Of a stretch of DNA of 64,000 nt, positions 50,917 to 61,369 are shown piece after piece. The notes under the pieces are model-generated. The model did no database searches and had not been told where the DNA came from. It saw nothing but the letters and a program-made list of their open reading frames with translations. The stretch comes from an uncultured Chloroflexia bacterium (GTDB lineage Bacteria > Chloroflexota > Anaerolineae > Anaerolineales > UBA4823), in assembly GCA_963706515.1 (NCBI GenBank), contig CAVPMW010000011.1:65675-129674 (forward strand). The letters are read 5' to 3'. Each line of letters opens with the position of its first letter. Position 1 is the stretch's first letter. A program made the translations under genes and the position numbers.

Positions 50917-51975
50917 TTACACTGGACTGGCAGTTCCGCGAACTGGCAGTTCCGCTCGTTGCCAGTCCCCTTCCAGCGGCATCTGCGTTAGTCTCGTGCT
51001 GAATACCAGTCCAAGGCGCGTAAAGGCGCGCAGGGTGTTCCACCGGCTCGGTCGGCCCACTCCCTCGTCCATCTCGACCGGCATCACGCCGGGATACCGG
51101 GTCTCGAGCAGCCACCGCCCGTCGCCGTCACGCTTCGCTGCGACCAGCTCGATCGCCTCTGCCACCCGCTCGTCGGGCGTGACGCCGGCGCTGCGCAGGT
51201 ACTCGAGCCCCCGCAGCACGTCGTAGTGCCACCAGGTTGGGAAGGCGAAGCGCGTCCACACCGCGCCATCCTTGCGGTCTCGCTCGATCACCTCGCCGGT
51301 CGATCGCCGCCGGAAGAGCCGGCGCTCGAGGAGGTACTCTTGCCCCCGGAGACGGGCCTCGGTCACCTCCGGTCTGCCTCCGCTCGCTCGTTCGTGCTCG
51401 AGCAGAGCCTCCAGCACGCAGATCGTGGTATTGAACGACGACCGCCTCGAGCCGTTCTCCGCCTCGCAGTTCCAGCCGCCGTCGCGCAGCTGCTCGCCCA
51501 GCAGCCGGTCGACGAGGCCGCGGACATCCACTCCGAAGTAGGCGCCCGCCGTCGCCACCTGCCCGTTGATGCATGGCTCCACCTCGCCGGCGAAGAAGGG
51601 GTTGTTGGCGCACTCCTGCGGGCCCGAACCCTGCCACGTCACGTGGTCGCGGACGAGACCCACCGCATGCCGTGCCTCCGCGCTCGCCGGATCGAGCCCC
51701 AGGTGGCGCAGCAGCCACAGGACGTGCATCGTGGAGTTCCACCCGCGGTTCCAAGCCGCACCCGCCCAGCTTCCGTCCGCCCCCTGCAGCGCGAGCAGCC
51801 GCGCTCCCCAGCCCTCGGTCGCCACCCTTGCCCGCTCGGCCGCGATTTCATCCGCGGGCGCATCGGTCAGGTCTTGCATCACCTGCCAGCGGATCGAAGG
51901 GTCAGAATCAAGCAGCCAGCGTATGACCGGACTCTGTGGCTGCAGGGCTTTCTGTTTGGCTGGTTGGGTCGCCAT
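50917..51975 (-). CDS. prenyltransferase / squalene-cyclase-like alpha-alpha toroid repeat protein
   Basis: ATG 51975 has AAGGAGG 8 nt upstream. Repeated DGSW/DGGW/DGRW motifs (QGADGSWAG, LRDGGWNCE, RDGDGRWLLE) are present. The gene is very GC-rich compared with its neighbours. Confidence 0.6.
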   Translation of the reverse strand: MATQPAKQKALQPQSPVIRWLLDSDPSIRWQVMQDLTDAPADEIAAERARVATEGWGARLLALQGADGSWAGAAWNRGWNSTMHVLWLLRHLGLDPASAEARHAVGLVRDHVTWQGSGPQECANNPFFAGEVEPCINGQVATAGAYFGVDVRGLVDRLLGEQLRDGGWNCEAENGSRRSSFNTTICVLEALLEHERASGGRPEVTEARLRGQEYLLERRLFRRRSTGEVIERDRKDGAVWTRFAFPTWWHYDVLRGLEYLRSAGVTPDERVAEAIELVAAKRDGDGRWLLETRYPGVMPVEMDEGVGRPSRWNTLRAFTRLGLVFSTRLTQMPLEGDWQRAELPVRGTASPV

Positions 51976-52065
51976 CTGCTGGTTCCTCCTTACTTCGGCA
52001 GGTTCCATTCATCAGGTGCTTGATAACCAGGGGGACGATCTCTGCCAAATTTTAGACCATCTGCA

Positions 52066-52384
52066 CTATTTGGACAAGTTATATCCATCCACCACCTCAT
52101 CCATCACATCGTCGATCAGCTGCTGCATGAACGCGCCGATATCCCCTTGTTCCGCTTCTGCACCCTCAGCAATCGCACCAGCCGGCTGCACCCATGCTGT
52201 AAATCTCCACGAGCGTGTTGAGCTCCCGCGCACCCTCGGTCTCCTGTGCCAGCCTCAGCATCCGTTCCAGCACCTGCCGCGTCGCCAGCACCTCGCGCCA
52301 TACCTGCCGCCCACCGCCATCCTGCCACAGCTCTCCCCTCAGCGCTGCGACCTTCATCCATTCACCAAACGGCTCCTCTCCCAA
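52066..52384 (-). pseudogene. hypothetical protein, one frameshift
   Basis: ORF 52166..52384 (GEEPFGEWMKVAALRGELWQDGGGRQVWREVLATRQVLERMLRLAQE...) continues as ...AEGAEAEQGDIGAFMQQLIDDVMDEVVDGYNLSK* in another frame. Confidence 0.3.
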
Positions 52385-52517
52385 ACTGACCGCCAGCTCA
52401 GTTAAAAGCGTTCAGTGCGAGAGGGATGAATTATTTTTCCTGAGAAGCGAGCAGTGCAGGGCTGGTTTGTGCTACGAGGTGGGTTGTTCAGCCAGGTCTC
52501 TTTAGATGATGCGGCGG

Positions 52518-55500
52518 CTATTGTCTCAATATCAATGGTAAGCGGATGTGCCACGATGGCGCTGCCACAATCCCCAGGCTGGGAATAACGCCGGACATAC
52601 TGCCGTCGCCCAGGTTCTCGCGGTACAGGGCCACTCCCACGCGGTCCGGGTTTCCTAGGTCGGCCAGCGGGATGCGGATTTCTACCGTGCTGCCATAGAT
52701 CACGTCGATCGATGGGATGATATGCATGAAGATGAGATCCGGATACCCGGAATACTCAGCTGAGCTCAAAAGCGTGGCGCCCGCATGAGGAGAGGCTGTA
52801 GCCCCGTAATCCAAAACGCCATCCGCGCCGGTGTCCAGCTCGAACAGGAAATCTCGCCGGGGTGTGGGCGTGTTGAATTCGAACTGCATCACCAGGCTCG
52901 AGCCATCCAGCGTGGCGTAGAAATGGCGCAGCTGGCTGTTGTTGGCCTGGCCTTGTTCGTCGCTTTGGGAATACATAGGGCTGACGCCTGACCAATCTCC
53001 CGCTTCACCGTCGATCTGGATCGTCAGCGCATCCTGAGTCTGCCCGCTCAATAGGATTGCGTCCCAGTAATGTCCTGTGTTGAACGAGGAATGGGCCTGT
53101 GAATACAAGCTCATTGCCTCGACCACATCGCTGGTTTTGCCGAGGTTATTAGCCCAGGCGAGAGATTGCTGTGCTTCCCCAAGGGCGGCGAGGGCGTCCT
53201 GGCGGTTTTCCACCAGTGTCTGGGTTGGATCGAAGACGATGGTGAATGTGTTGGTCAGCCCTTCCCTGGCATGGATCGTTTCCTGGTGGACCGCGCCGTT
53301 GGGAGCCGTCAGGGTGAGCCGGTATTCTCCGGCAAAGCCGTTGAAATCCAATTTGACCTTCTACGCCGGTCTGAGCAGTGCCTGAGATCGTCCAGGAGTG
53401 GAAAAGGTCACTCAGTGCATAGGCCATCGGGCGCAGCGATAGACCGTCTCGGTGCAGGTAGCCATCGCCTGCCCGCCCATTTTCGATCAGGTCGCCGGGG
53501 ATATCATAAGACATGCTCCAGTTTGCCCCCAGCAGGTAGGGTTTGCTGAAGGCCAGCGTGTACATGCCCACTGCCCAATCGGCCTGAGCCTGGTCGGTGT
53601 GTCCCTGGTGCCACCCCCAATAGTTGCTGTAATTGACAAGCCCGGGGTAATCCTCGTGGGTTGGGTATTCCAGCTCGGTAATGTAAAACGGCAGGTCAAA
53701 GTTCTGCCCGTATACATCCAGCAGGTCCGAGACGGTTCCCAGGTCGATGGCGGGCAGGTACACGCCGTTGTAGAACTGGATCCCCACCGCATCCGGGCGG
53801 ACGCCGGCTTCCAGCATCCCATGGAGATAGTTATAGGTGGAGAAGTCCGCCGTCGATTTATCGCCTGGCGGTCTCCCGATCTGACTCAGCCCGGGGGCGC
53901 TGAGATTCACCAGCATCACCGCCTGGGGGTCTGCCGCCTTTCCGGCTGACAGCACTGCCTGGGTAAAATCCAGCATCTGGGCCGGGGTGAAGTCGAGGTC
54001 GTTCGCGGTGTTCGGTTCATTGACCAAGTTGTACAACTGAATCTTCCCGGCGAAGTGGGAGACGGTGGTGGTCACGAAGTCCAATGCAGCGGCCTTAACC
54101 TGAGAGTAATTCATCCCCTCCACATACGAAGGAATATTATCGGACTGGCTGCCATTGAACCAGATCGTGTTGGCGGTGGTCGATTGGAAGCCCAGGCTTG
54201 TCATTTTGTTCAAGATCACGTCGTCGTCGAAGCGGTAGGGTACCTCAGGCCACCCGCGCTGGACAATACCCCATGTCGGAAACGGCGGATTGTCTAATGA
54301 CTCTAAAACCGATCTCTTTGGCAATCCCGGCATAGAGATTGGCATCCCCCACCCAGTGACGGGTTTCAGGAGTGTCACCCAAGGGGACTTCAACCCCTCC
54401 CCAACCACCATTCAAAATGAAGTCGTGGTTGGTTTCCTGATAATCCACCTGAACGTTCTCGACCGGCTGTTGGTCCGCCCCGACCACGCGGATCGTCACC
54501 GGCAGGCGGCGTTTTTGGATATCCTGCCGGGCAATTTCCAGCGCGATCGCTTCTTTTGCCTGGATGGCCGGGGTGAGCGCCTGGTAAGCGCTTACCGCCG
54601 CGCTCTGCCCATTTCCACCCGCCAGATAACCCTGGGCGGTATCCAATGCCGCCTGCGCCTGTGTGAGCCACAGCGAGACCTCCGGCGAAAAATCATAGCC
54701 GGCGCTGATTTTCTGGGTATATTTTTGCTCTGCATTTCGGAGCTGGGTGCGGGCAAACTCGTATGCGATGTTGATTGTTTTCGCCTCGCCTTCGGCGGCG
54801 CTGTATCCCAGCCCGCCGTTATCCATATCCAGCATGATAGTGCCGGCCCCGGGGACGGTCCACAATCCCCAGACGGTGATGGGGGTTGCGGCCTGCGAGG
54901 GCAGCATCAGCACCGCCGGGTTTTTCAAGGTTCCCGTGATCGTCTCCCATCCCCACAGGAGCGAACGCTGGTGGTTCTCGGATTGCAGCGGCTCGGTCAC
55001 AGGCGGGCTGCCCGAGAGGATAAGAAATAAAAAAGGCTTGATGGGGGAAAGTATCGATGAACAAGGGGTTGCCCTGCGGGTCGTACGCATCCAACAAGAT
55101 CGTACCGCCGGGCATGACGGTGAGATCCAGGGTAAGATCGGTCTCCGTAGCCCGGTTGATGCGTTCCCAGCGATCCACGAACCCCACCGGGACTTCCACC
55201 GCCCCGAGGGAAACACGCTGAGAAGGGAAAACGGTCACCACGTAGTGGTCTTGCGGGGGTACGTCAAATGCGTAATAACCGTTCGCGTCCGAGAGGCCTT
55301 GGGTGATGTCCGGCCCGAGGAATGTGGAAATAACCACGTAACCCTGGCGCGGATTGCCGAGTGTATCCCGGATCTGGCCGTGGAGATGCACCGTATCTGG
55401 TGCAGACGGTTGGAGAGCGGTGGCCAGGGAGCTGGATGCGCCCCCGACGATGAATTGCATCAGAACGAGACATAGCGCCAGGGTGAACAAGGCATTGAAT

Positions 55501-55529
55501 CTGGCGTGTGCGAATCGTTCCCATTTCAT
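52518..55529 (-). pseudogene. large secreted clan GH-A (GH10-like) glycoside hydrolase with N-terminal CarboxypepD_reg-like domain and C-terminal accessory domains, at least 3 frameshifts
   Basis: The signal is MKWERFAHARFNALFTLALCLVLMQFIVGG, followed by a YYAFDVPP beta-sandwich. The catalytic motifs are LYNLVNEPN and FYITELEY. Fragments 54819.., 54245.., 53149.. and 52518.. are colinear. Confidence 0.7.
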
Positions 55530-55942
55530 CTATTTTTCCTCTTGTCCTGTTTGAACATAAACTGATCACAGGAACCTACCACCGATAATTATTGGCTAAT
55601 AAAAAGACTGTTACTATTATCCCAAAACACCAAGATAAAGTCATGTGCTGAATGTCACCCAGTCCTGATAGTTGTGATAGGCGATTAGCAAATACGAAAA
55701 GGATGGCTTGGCACAAGCAATATCTGATGCTCAGATTACTTTTCCGGGTTTCAAATGGTCCATTCGTTGTCTTCCGCCCTTGGAATACTCATCCGCATGC
55801 TCCTGGCGCTCATCCTGATTGCTTGTTTGGTTATATTCGCTTTTGTGGGGTACCGAAGGCTCTCAACCCATGCAGCTGGCCGGCGCAAATGGCATGACCT
55901 ACTGGCAGTTCATGCGGGAGCGAATTGGCGCCATTCGCGAGC

Positions 55943-56004
55943 TGCCGGCAAAGATGCTCTGAAAGTTATACGCTCAGCGGAGAGGTGGGTTCCATACCCA
56001 CGGT
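55943..56004 (+). repeat. copy 3 (tail part only) of the repeat family, at the left edge of the low-GC island
   Basis: gccggcaaagatgctctgaaagttatacgctcagcggagaggtgggttccatacccacggtg aligns with 42383-42444. The GTGGGT-TCCAT-ACCCAC hairpin mimics a T-arm. Confidence 0.75.
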
Positions 56005-56171
56005 GAGTAAAGAACCCCTAGTCGCTGAAGGCCGAAAATGTTGCTGATTTCGCAACATCTGAAAAAGGCGCAACCGGGGAGGATTTTTCACCTCTCTCGG
56101 TTCCGCTGATATTACATCTGTATCTACTCATAAGCTCGTGCATGTTTCGTAGAACAGCTTGGCTGCTGCTG

Positions 56172-56303
56172 TCATCTGTTTGTACCAGTCAGCACTTCAC
56201 TATCGGCAAGTTGGGGCTGTGACCCGCGTTGGCGAAGGCGTTTGCCTTTGAGCCATTCATCTACCAGACAGTACACGCTGATCAGATAGGTGGTAATATC
56301 CAT
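56172..56303 (-). mobile_element. N-terminal remnant (43 codons) of a DDE transposase (IS982-like / IS4-IS5 superfamily)
   Basis: MDITTYLISVYCLVDEWLKGKRLRQRGSQPQLADSEVLTGTNR*. The VYCLVDDxL...RLRQRGxxPxLxDSEVLT motif is typical of this transposase N-terminus. No catalytic domain follows. Confidence 0.6.
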
Positions 56304-56614
56304 GCGAAGACCTCTGTTCTCGAGTGTTAGCTTGGCCGCTACACTTGTATCGGTGGTCTTCTTATATTGTCAAGCTCCTAGAAAAACTTGCACATCGGGT
56401 TAATTAGGATCGAGAATTGTGTAATATATTGATACTGCAAATAATTGACTTCTGGACGTAATGGTGGCCGATACGCCTATTGATTGCCTCAGACGCCCAA
56501 AAGCTGGGTTTTAGTCCTGACACAGCGGCAATCTCCATCCGCTTGTCAAGCTCTTCAATGTTAAGGAGTTGATCGGAAATTTTGAGTTATGGATAACTAC
56601 AATATCCTCTTTCC

Positions 56615-56665
56615 TTGACAATCCTTGAATTTAGTATATACTACACGCTTAGTAGTATATACTAC
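56615..56665 (+). promoter_or_regulatory. promoter TTGACA-N16-TATACT with two palindromic operators (TAGTATATACTA; GTAGTATATACTAC) 21 bp apart
   Basis: ttgaca at 56615-56620 and tatact at 56637-56642. Operator 1 is at 56632-56643 and operator 2 at 56652-56665. The core GTATATAC fits the GntR/HutC GTnTAnAC consensus. Confidence 0.7.
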
Positions 56666-56823
56666 TTTTGTTACTTATCAATTTCAATAAACCAACTCCA
56701 TCTTGGGAGGAAATACTTGTTTCCTGATTGTTTGTTCAAGAACCTCACTCAACGATACCAACCAGTCTGAAGCTCTATAACCCCAGCTAACTAACCTCAT
56801 CAAACGTAACAGCAGAGTTTTCA

Positions 56824-57877
56824 ATGAAATCATTCAATGTTGTTTTCACTGATAAGGAAAAGGTCGAGATCATTGAAGAACCTGTCAGTCTTCCTGGGCC
56901 AGATGAAGTTTTATGCAGGGCGGAAAAATCCCTCCTCAGCATAGGCACCGAAACACTCATGTTGAGAGGTGTGGCCGATGAAGATACCAACTGGTTTGAG
57001 TACATGAATTATCCAACCTATACCGGTGATGGAATGGCGGCTACCATTACGGCTGTAGGTAAGGATATTCGTGGTTTTAGGGAAGGTGACCGGGTTGCAG
57101 TCGAAGCGAACCACAAGCAGTATTTCACCTTCAAACCTAACTCACAAGAAATACACCTTCTTCCTGACCACGTTAGTTTTGAAGAAGCATCCATCCTGAC
57201 ACTATCCTTGACGGCGCAATTGGGGGTCAGACGCGCAGAGCTGAAACTTGGTGAATCAGTCGGCGTTGTCGGTGTAGGAATTGTCGGGCAATTAGTGGTG
57301 CAGTACCTGAAAGCATCAGGGGCACGTCGAATTGTCGTCATTGATACCATTCAAAAACGGTTGGATACAGCTAAAGCTCATGGAGCGACGCACATTTTGC
57401 CCATGGATGTGAAAGCTGCATTGGAATCAGTCCGACGAATTGACTGATGCCAAGATGCTGGATGTAGTAATCGACGTTACCGGGTCGCCTTCTGTGTTAG
57501 GACCTGCCACACGGCTTCTCCATCCGTTCGGTCGTGCTATTCTTCTCGGTGATACAACAACGCCTTCGAAACAATCAGTAGGCAGCAGGATAGTGGCGAA
57601 CTCTATCGCCATCCTCGGCTCTCATTCATTTAATCATCCTCGTCACTATTCTGTTTACAGTCCGTGGGACAACAGTGAAATGGCAAGCTTATATTTCGAT
57701 TATCTTAAATTGGGGGTGATGTCAGTCAATGGACTGATAACGCACCGCTATTCGCCGATGGATGCTCCAAACATATATCAAGGATTATTATCTGACCGCT
57801 CATCACAGATTGGGATCATATTCGAATGGAATTTAATTGCGGAAGCAAAAGCCCATCCGGAACGGTTCGCTCTATAA
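56824..57877 (+). pseudogene. zinc-type (MDR) alcohol dehydrogenase-like oxidoreductase, one frameshift near 57440
   Basis: ORFs 56824..57447 and 57440..57877 are colinear. The Rossmann motif is VGVVGVGIVGQLVVQYLKASGARRIVVID, followed by LDVVIDVTGSP. Confidence 0.8.
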
Positions 57878-57888
57878 ATAGGAGCCTG

Positions 57889-59316
57889 ATGATGCAAATA
57901 AAAACATGGGGAACATCCCAGGTACTAAATCGATCCGAGATCGAAGAAATATATGGCAAGGCTTTGAGAGTTTTGAACGAAGTCGGGGTCAGGATAGAAA
58001 ACAAGTGGATGATTGATATGCTGGTGGCAAATGGCGCTGAGGTCAAAGGACCGTTTCTGGTTGCATTCCCTGAACACCTGATCGACGCAATGGTCAAAAC
58101 TGCGGTTCCATTCGATTGGGAGGGAGTTCCGGAATTATCCTTTGTAGCTGGGGCAAACCCCCAGTATTACATGGCTGCTGGCACTGACCAGGTTCGTGAG
58201 AATACGCTGGCAAGTATTGAACGCCTTACAATATTAGCTGACCGTTTAGAACACATTTCCCGGATCCACTTGATGGGAGCAGCTTCAGATGTCAACCCAG
58301 AGCTGACTCCACTCTACGCAAGAATTATAGGATGGAAATATGTAAATAACTCTGAATTCGATTGCCATGAAATCTGGCATGATGACACGATCGATTATGT
58401 ACTAGAGATGGTCGATGTATATAAGGCGGACAGCGGAGAAACGGATGATGGTAATCTACTAGATGTAGTCGTCTATATGATCTCACCGTTAAGTCTTAAA
58501 GCGATGGAAGCGGATCGATTTGAAAAGTGCCATAAAAAAGGATTTAATGTCAAAGTAGGTTCATTGTGCTCTGCAGGAGGAACAGCTCCCATTACTTTAG
58601 CTGGATCACTGGTGCAGAACCTGGCTGAGATGTTGTTCATGAATTTATTGGATCGAGTTTTTAACAATAAAAATAGGATGGTGATCGAGAATCGCATCGG
58701 TGTGATGGATATGAGGTACGCGATGTTTCCATATGGAAGACCCGAAATTGGGATTACCAATTTGGCCATGGGCAATATCGCCAGGCATCTTAAAGCAGAA
58801 TATATCTCCAATTCTTTTTCAGCTGACGCAAAACTGCCAAGCAGTGAAGCAGGGATGCAAAAATCCGTTTCTGCTATAACAGGAATTCTCGCCGGTTCGA
58901 CCACTTTCTACACTCTGGGACTGCTCTCGATTGACGAAATCATTTCAGAAGAGCAATTGGTGATTGACAATGAATTTGTGGGCTTATTAAAACGGATGGC
59001 AAGAGGATTTGAACTAAGCAATGAAACGATGGCACTCGATGTAATCAAAGAAGTTGGCCCTGGAGGCTTGTTTACTGCAACCGACCATACACGGGTAAAT
59101 TATCGCACTGAACACTGGCAGCCGGATATCTTTTCACGCGAAATGTATGGCAGTTGGGTTGCCAAAGGGAAAATGATAGATCGAGACCTGGCTGCTAAGC
59201 GGGTGCAAGAGCTTTTAGCAAAGGAACAACCAATCGGCATTTCAGAAGATACAGAAATGCGGTTGTTGTCAATTGTCGAGAGAGCGAAAAGCAAATTGGA
59301 AAGGAGAAACACTTAA
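57889..59316 (+). CDS. MttB-superfamily (trimethylamine methyltransferase-like) protein without in-frame UAG (non-Pyl type)
   Basis: ATG 57889 follows AGGAG. The N-terminus is LNRSEIEEIYGKALRVLNEVGVRIENKWMIDMLVANGAEV, with ...GSLCSAGGTAPITLAGSLVQ in the middle and C-terminal VIKEVGPGGLFTATDHTRVNYRTEHWQPDIFSREMYGSWVAKG. The 475-codon frame is uninterrupted. Confidence 0.8.
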   Translation: MMQIKTWGTSQVLNRSEIEEIYGKALRVLNEVGVRIENKWMIDMLVANGAEVKGPFLVAFPEHLIDAMVKTAVPFDWEGVPELSFVAGANPQYYMAAGTDQVRENTLASIERLTILADRLEHISRIHLMGAASDVNPELTPLYARIIGWKYVNNSEFDCHEIWHDDTIDYVLEMVDVYKADSGETDDGNLLDVVVYMISPLSLKAMEADRFEKCHKKGFNVKVGSLCSAGGTAPITLAGSLVQNLAEMLFMNLLDRVFNNKNRMVIENRIGVMDMRYAMFPYGRPEIGITNLAMGNIARHLKAEYISNSFSADAKLPSSEAGMQKSVSAITGILAGSTTFYTLGLLSIDEIISEEQLVIDNEFVGLLKRMARGFELSNETMALDVIKEVGPGGLFTATDHTRVNYRTEHWQPDIFSREMYGSWVAKGKMIDRDLAAKRVQELLAKEQPIGISEDTEMRLLSIVERAKSKLERRNT

Positions 59317-60249
59317 TGAAGTACGGAATGCATTCTTGCGGACTTAAGAGCTATTCTTTATTAGAAGCTTTGAAAAAAGCAGGGGAATTTGGTTACGACG
59401 GTCTTGAAATTGATATATTTCCTCAGATAAACGATAGATTGGGCTGGGAAAAATATCGTAATGATCTGACCAACGCTGTTCCAGAAATCGCCACCGTTAA
59501 GCAAAATGCCGGAATTGAAATCAGCTCGCTTTGTCTGGGTGTTTTGTGGTTTGTAAACATTGCCGGCGATAACGAAGTAGAAAGCGACCTTGGAGTCAGC
59601 ATCATCAATGATTGTATTGAAATCGGTTCCAGGCTTGGCGCTAGCTGCTTGCTGCTGCCCATAGGCCAACCGGAAGAAGCCTCCTCGGCAAAGGCAAGGG
59701 ATAATCTATATCATTCGATCTTAAAGTGTCTCGATAGAGCTGATAAGCACAAAATCGTGTTGGCAGTTGAAAATGTCGTACAGAGAGTATTGTGGAATAG
59801 CAATGATCTGATTGAGCTGGTCGACCGCGTGGATTCACCCTGGTGCAGGGTATATTACGATGTAGGCAACCCATATTTCGTGGAGTATCAACCCGGCTGA
59901 AGAGATCTTATCGCTAAATAAAAGGATTTTCCAGTTCCATATAAAGGACATGCAAGAAGTTGTAGTTCCGCCTGTCGAAGCGAATGGCGGAAATAAAACT
60001 GAACCAGATGATAATGAAATTAAGTTCAGAGGAGACACAGCAAATTGGAAAGGGAAAAAGGATGCCAGCATTGGGACCGGGATTGTGAACTGGCCTGAAA
60101 TTATTACTGCAATTCATGATATTGGATTTGACGGTTATTTGGTTACTGAAATCCAACAGGATTTAATGCAGCCAGATTTGATCGCAAAAGAAAATTTCAC
60201 CACGCTAAAAGCGCTGGGGGAGAAAATCAAACTGAGAGGAGCACGATAA
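59316..60249 (+). pseudogene. xylose isomerase-like TIM-barrel sugar-phosphate isomerase/epimerase, one frameshift near 59895
   Basis: ORFs 59316..59900 (GYDGLEI, LAVENV, YYDVGN) and 59950..60249 (FHIKD...GFDGYLVTEI) are colinear. Confidence 0.8.
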
Positions 60250-61298
60250 TGGGAACAAGATTATTAATTACAAATCCCCGGGAAATCGGATACGGGGAAT
60301 ATGAAGACCGGATCCTGAAAAGCAATGAGGTCAGGCTGAAGACGATCTATTCCGGTATCAGCATTGGAACAGAGCTGACTGTTTATCGCGGGCTCAATCC
60401 TTATATGCTCAAAAAATGGGACAGCGAAAAGAAGCTGTTCGTAAAGGGAGAAGGGACCTCACTGAGTTACCCTACCGAATCAGGGTATGAGGCTGTCGGG
60501 CAGGTCTCAGAAATAGGTTCAGACGTTACCAAAGTAAGGGAAGGGGATTTTGTTTACGGTGGTGAATGGTATGGATGGACTCATAAAACCACGCACATTC
60601 TTACTGAAGATGCCGCCTTAAGACAAAGAATGCCAGCGCATGTGAATCCGAAACTGGGGATATTTGTCCCGCTACTGCAAACTTCATTCAATGGAATTCT
60701 AGATTCGCAGGTAAACCTTGGCGAAACCGCAGTTGTCTTTGGCGCCGGTATTGTCGGTCAGCTGGCGCTGCAATTTTTAAAACTATCCGGCGCGGAAGTG
60801 GTTGTCGTCGATTTGATCGACGAACGGCTGGAAATTGCCAAACAGCTCGGCGCGGATGAAGTCATCAACGGAATAAATATAAATGCTGGCGAATATATCA
60901 AAAGTAAAACTGGTGGGCGAGGCGCTGACGTATGCATCGAAGCGGCTGGAAATGACCTGGCTTTACACGAAGCGATCCGATGCAGCGCGTACTCAGGGAA
61001 AGTGATTTCTCTGGGCTTTAACCCTAACCCTGCGAGCCACCTAAATCTTGGCGAAGAATTCCATCACAACCGGATCAGTATTATATGCTCCCAGATCGGT
61101 GGCGTAAACCCGGCTTTGCTGAACCGGTGGGATGTGTACCGGGTGGAGGATGCCGTCGTAAAAATGCTTTACGAAGGAAAATTAAACCTGGAACCTCTCA
61201 TCACGCATGAGTTTGACTTTAGAAACGGGCAGGAAGCTTATAATTTAGCGGATAAAAACCCACAAGCTGCCTTGCAAATAATATTAAGATATTCGTAA
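60249..61298 (+). CDS. zinc-type (MDR) alcohol dehydrogenase-like oxidoreductase
   Basis: Intact 349-aa ORF. The Rossmann motif is VVFGAGIVGQLALQFLKLSGAEVVVVD, followed by ADVCIEAAGN. Confidence 0.8.
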   Translation: MGTRLLITNPREIGYGEYEDRILKSNEVRLKTIYSGISIGTELTVYRGLNPYMLKKWDSEKKLFVKGEGTSLSYPTESGYEAVGQVSEIGSDVTKVREGDFVYGGEWYGWTHKTTHILTEDAALRQRMPAHVNPKLGIFVPLLQTSFNGILDSQVNLGETAVVFGAGIVGQLALQFLKLSGAEVVVVDLIDERLEIAKQLGADEVINGININAGEYIKSKTGGRGADVCIEAAGNDLALHEAIRCSAYSGKVISLGFNPNPASHLNLGEEFHHNRISIICSQIGGVNPALLNRWDVYRVEDAVVKMLYEGKLNLEPLITHEFDFRNGQEAYNLADKNPQAALQIILRYS

Positions 61299-61318
61299 AA
61301 TTTTCTGTGACTATACAG

Positions 61319-61349
61319 AAGGCGTCACAACGAATTGTTGTGACGCCTT
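61319..61349. terminator. bidirectional stem-loop terminator between convergent operons
   Basis: aaggcgtcacaac GAAT tgttgtgacgcctt has a 13-bp stem, followed by aacttttt. Confidence 0.75.
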
Positions 61350-61369
61350 AACTTTTTAAACACCAGGAC

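Noticed and set aside
56404-56585. Reverse-strand frame resembling a ribbon-helix-helix antitoxin (ISDQLLNIEELDKRMEIAAVSGLKPSFWASEAINRRI).
   Set aside because: There is no start codon before the putative beta-strand, because an in-frame TAA lies immediately upstream and the first ATG removes the strand. No partner toxin is present. It may be a relic next to the IS remnant, but it is not supportable as a gene.
57826-57888. The longer 496-aa version of the MttB-like ORF starting at 57826.
   Set aside because: It overlaps the end of the upstream dehydrogenase. ATG 57889 has an AGGAG RBS at the right distance and matches family N-termini.
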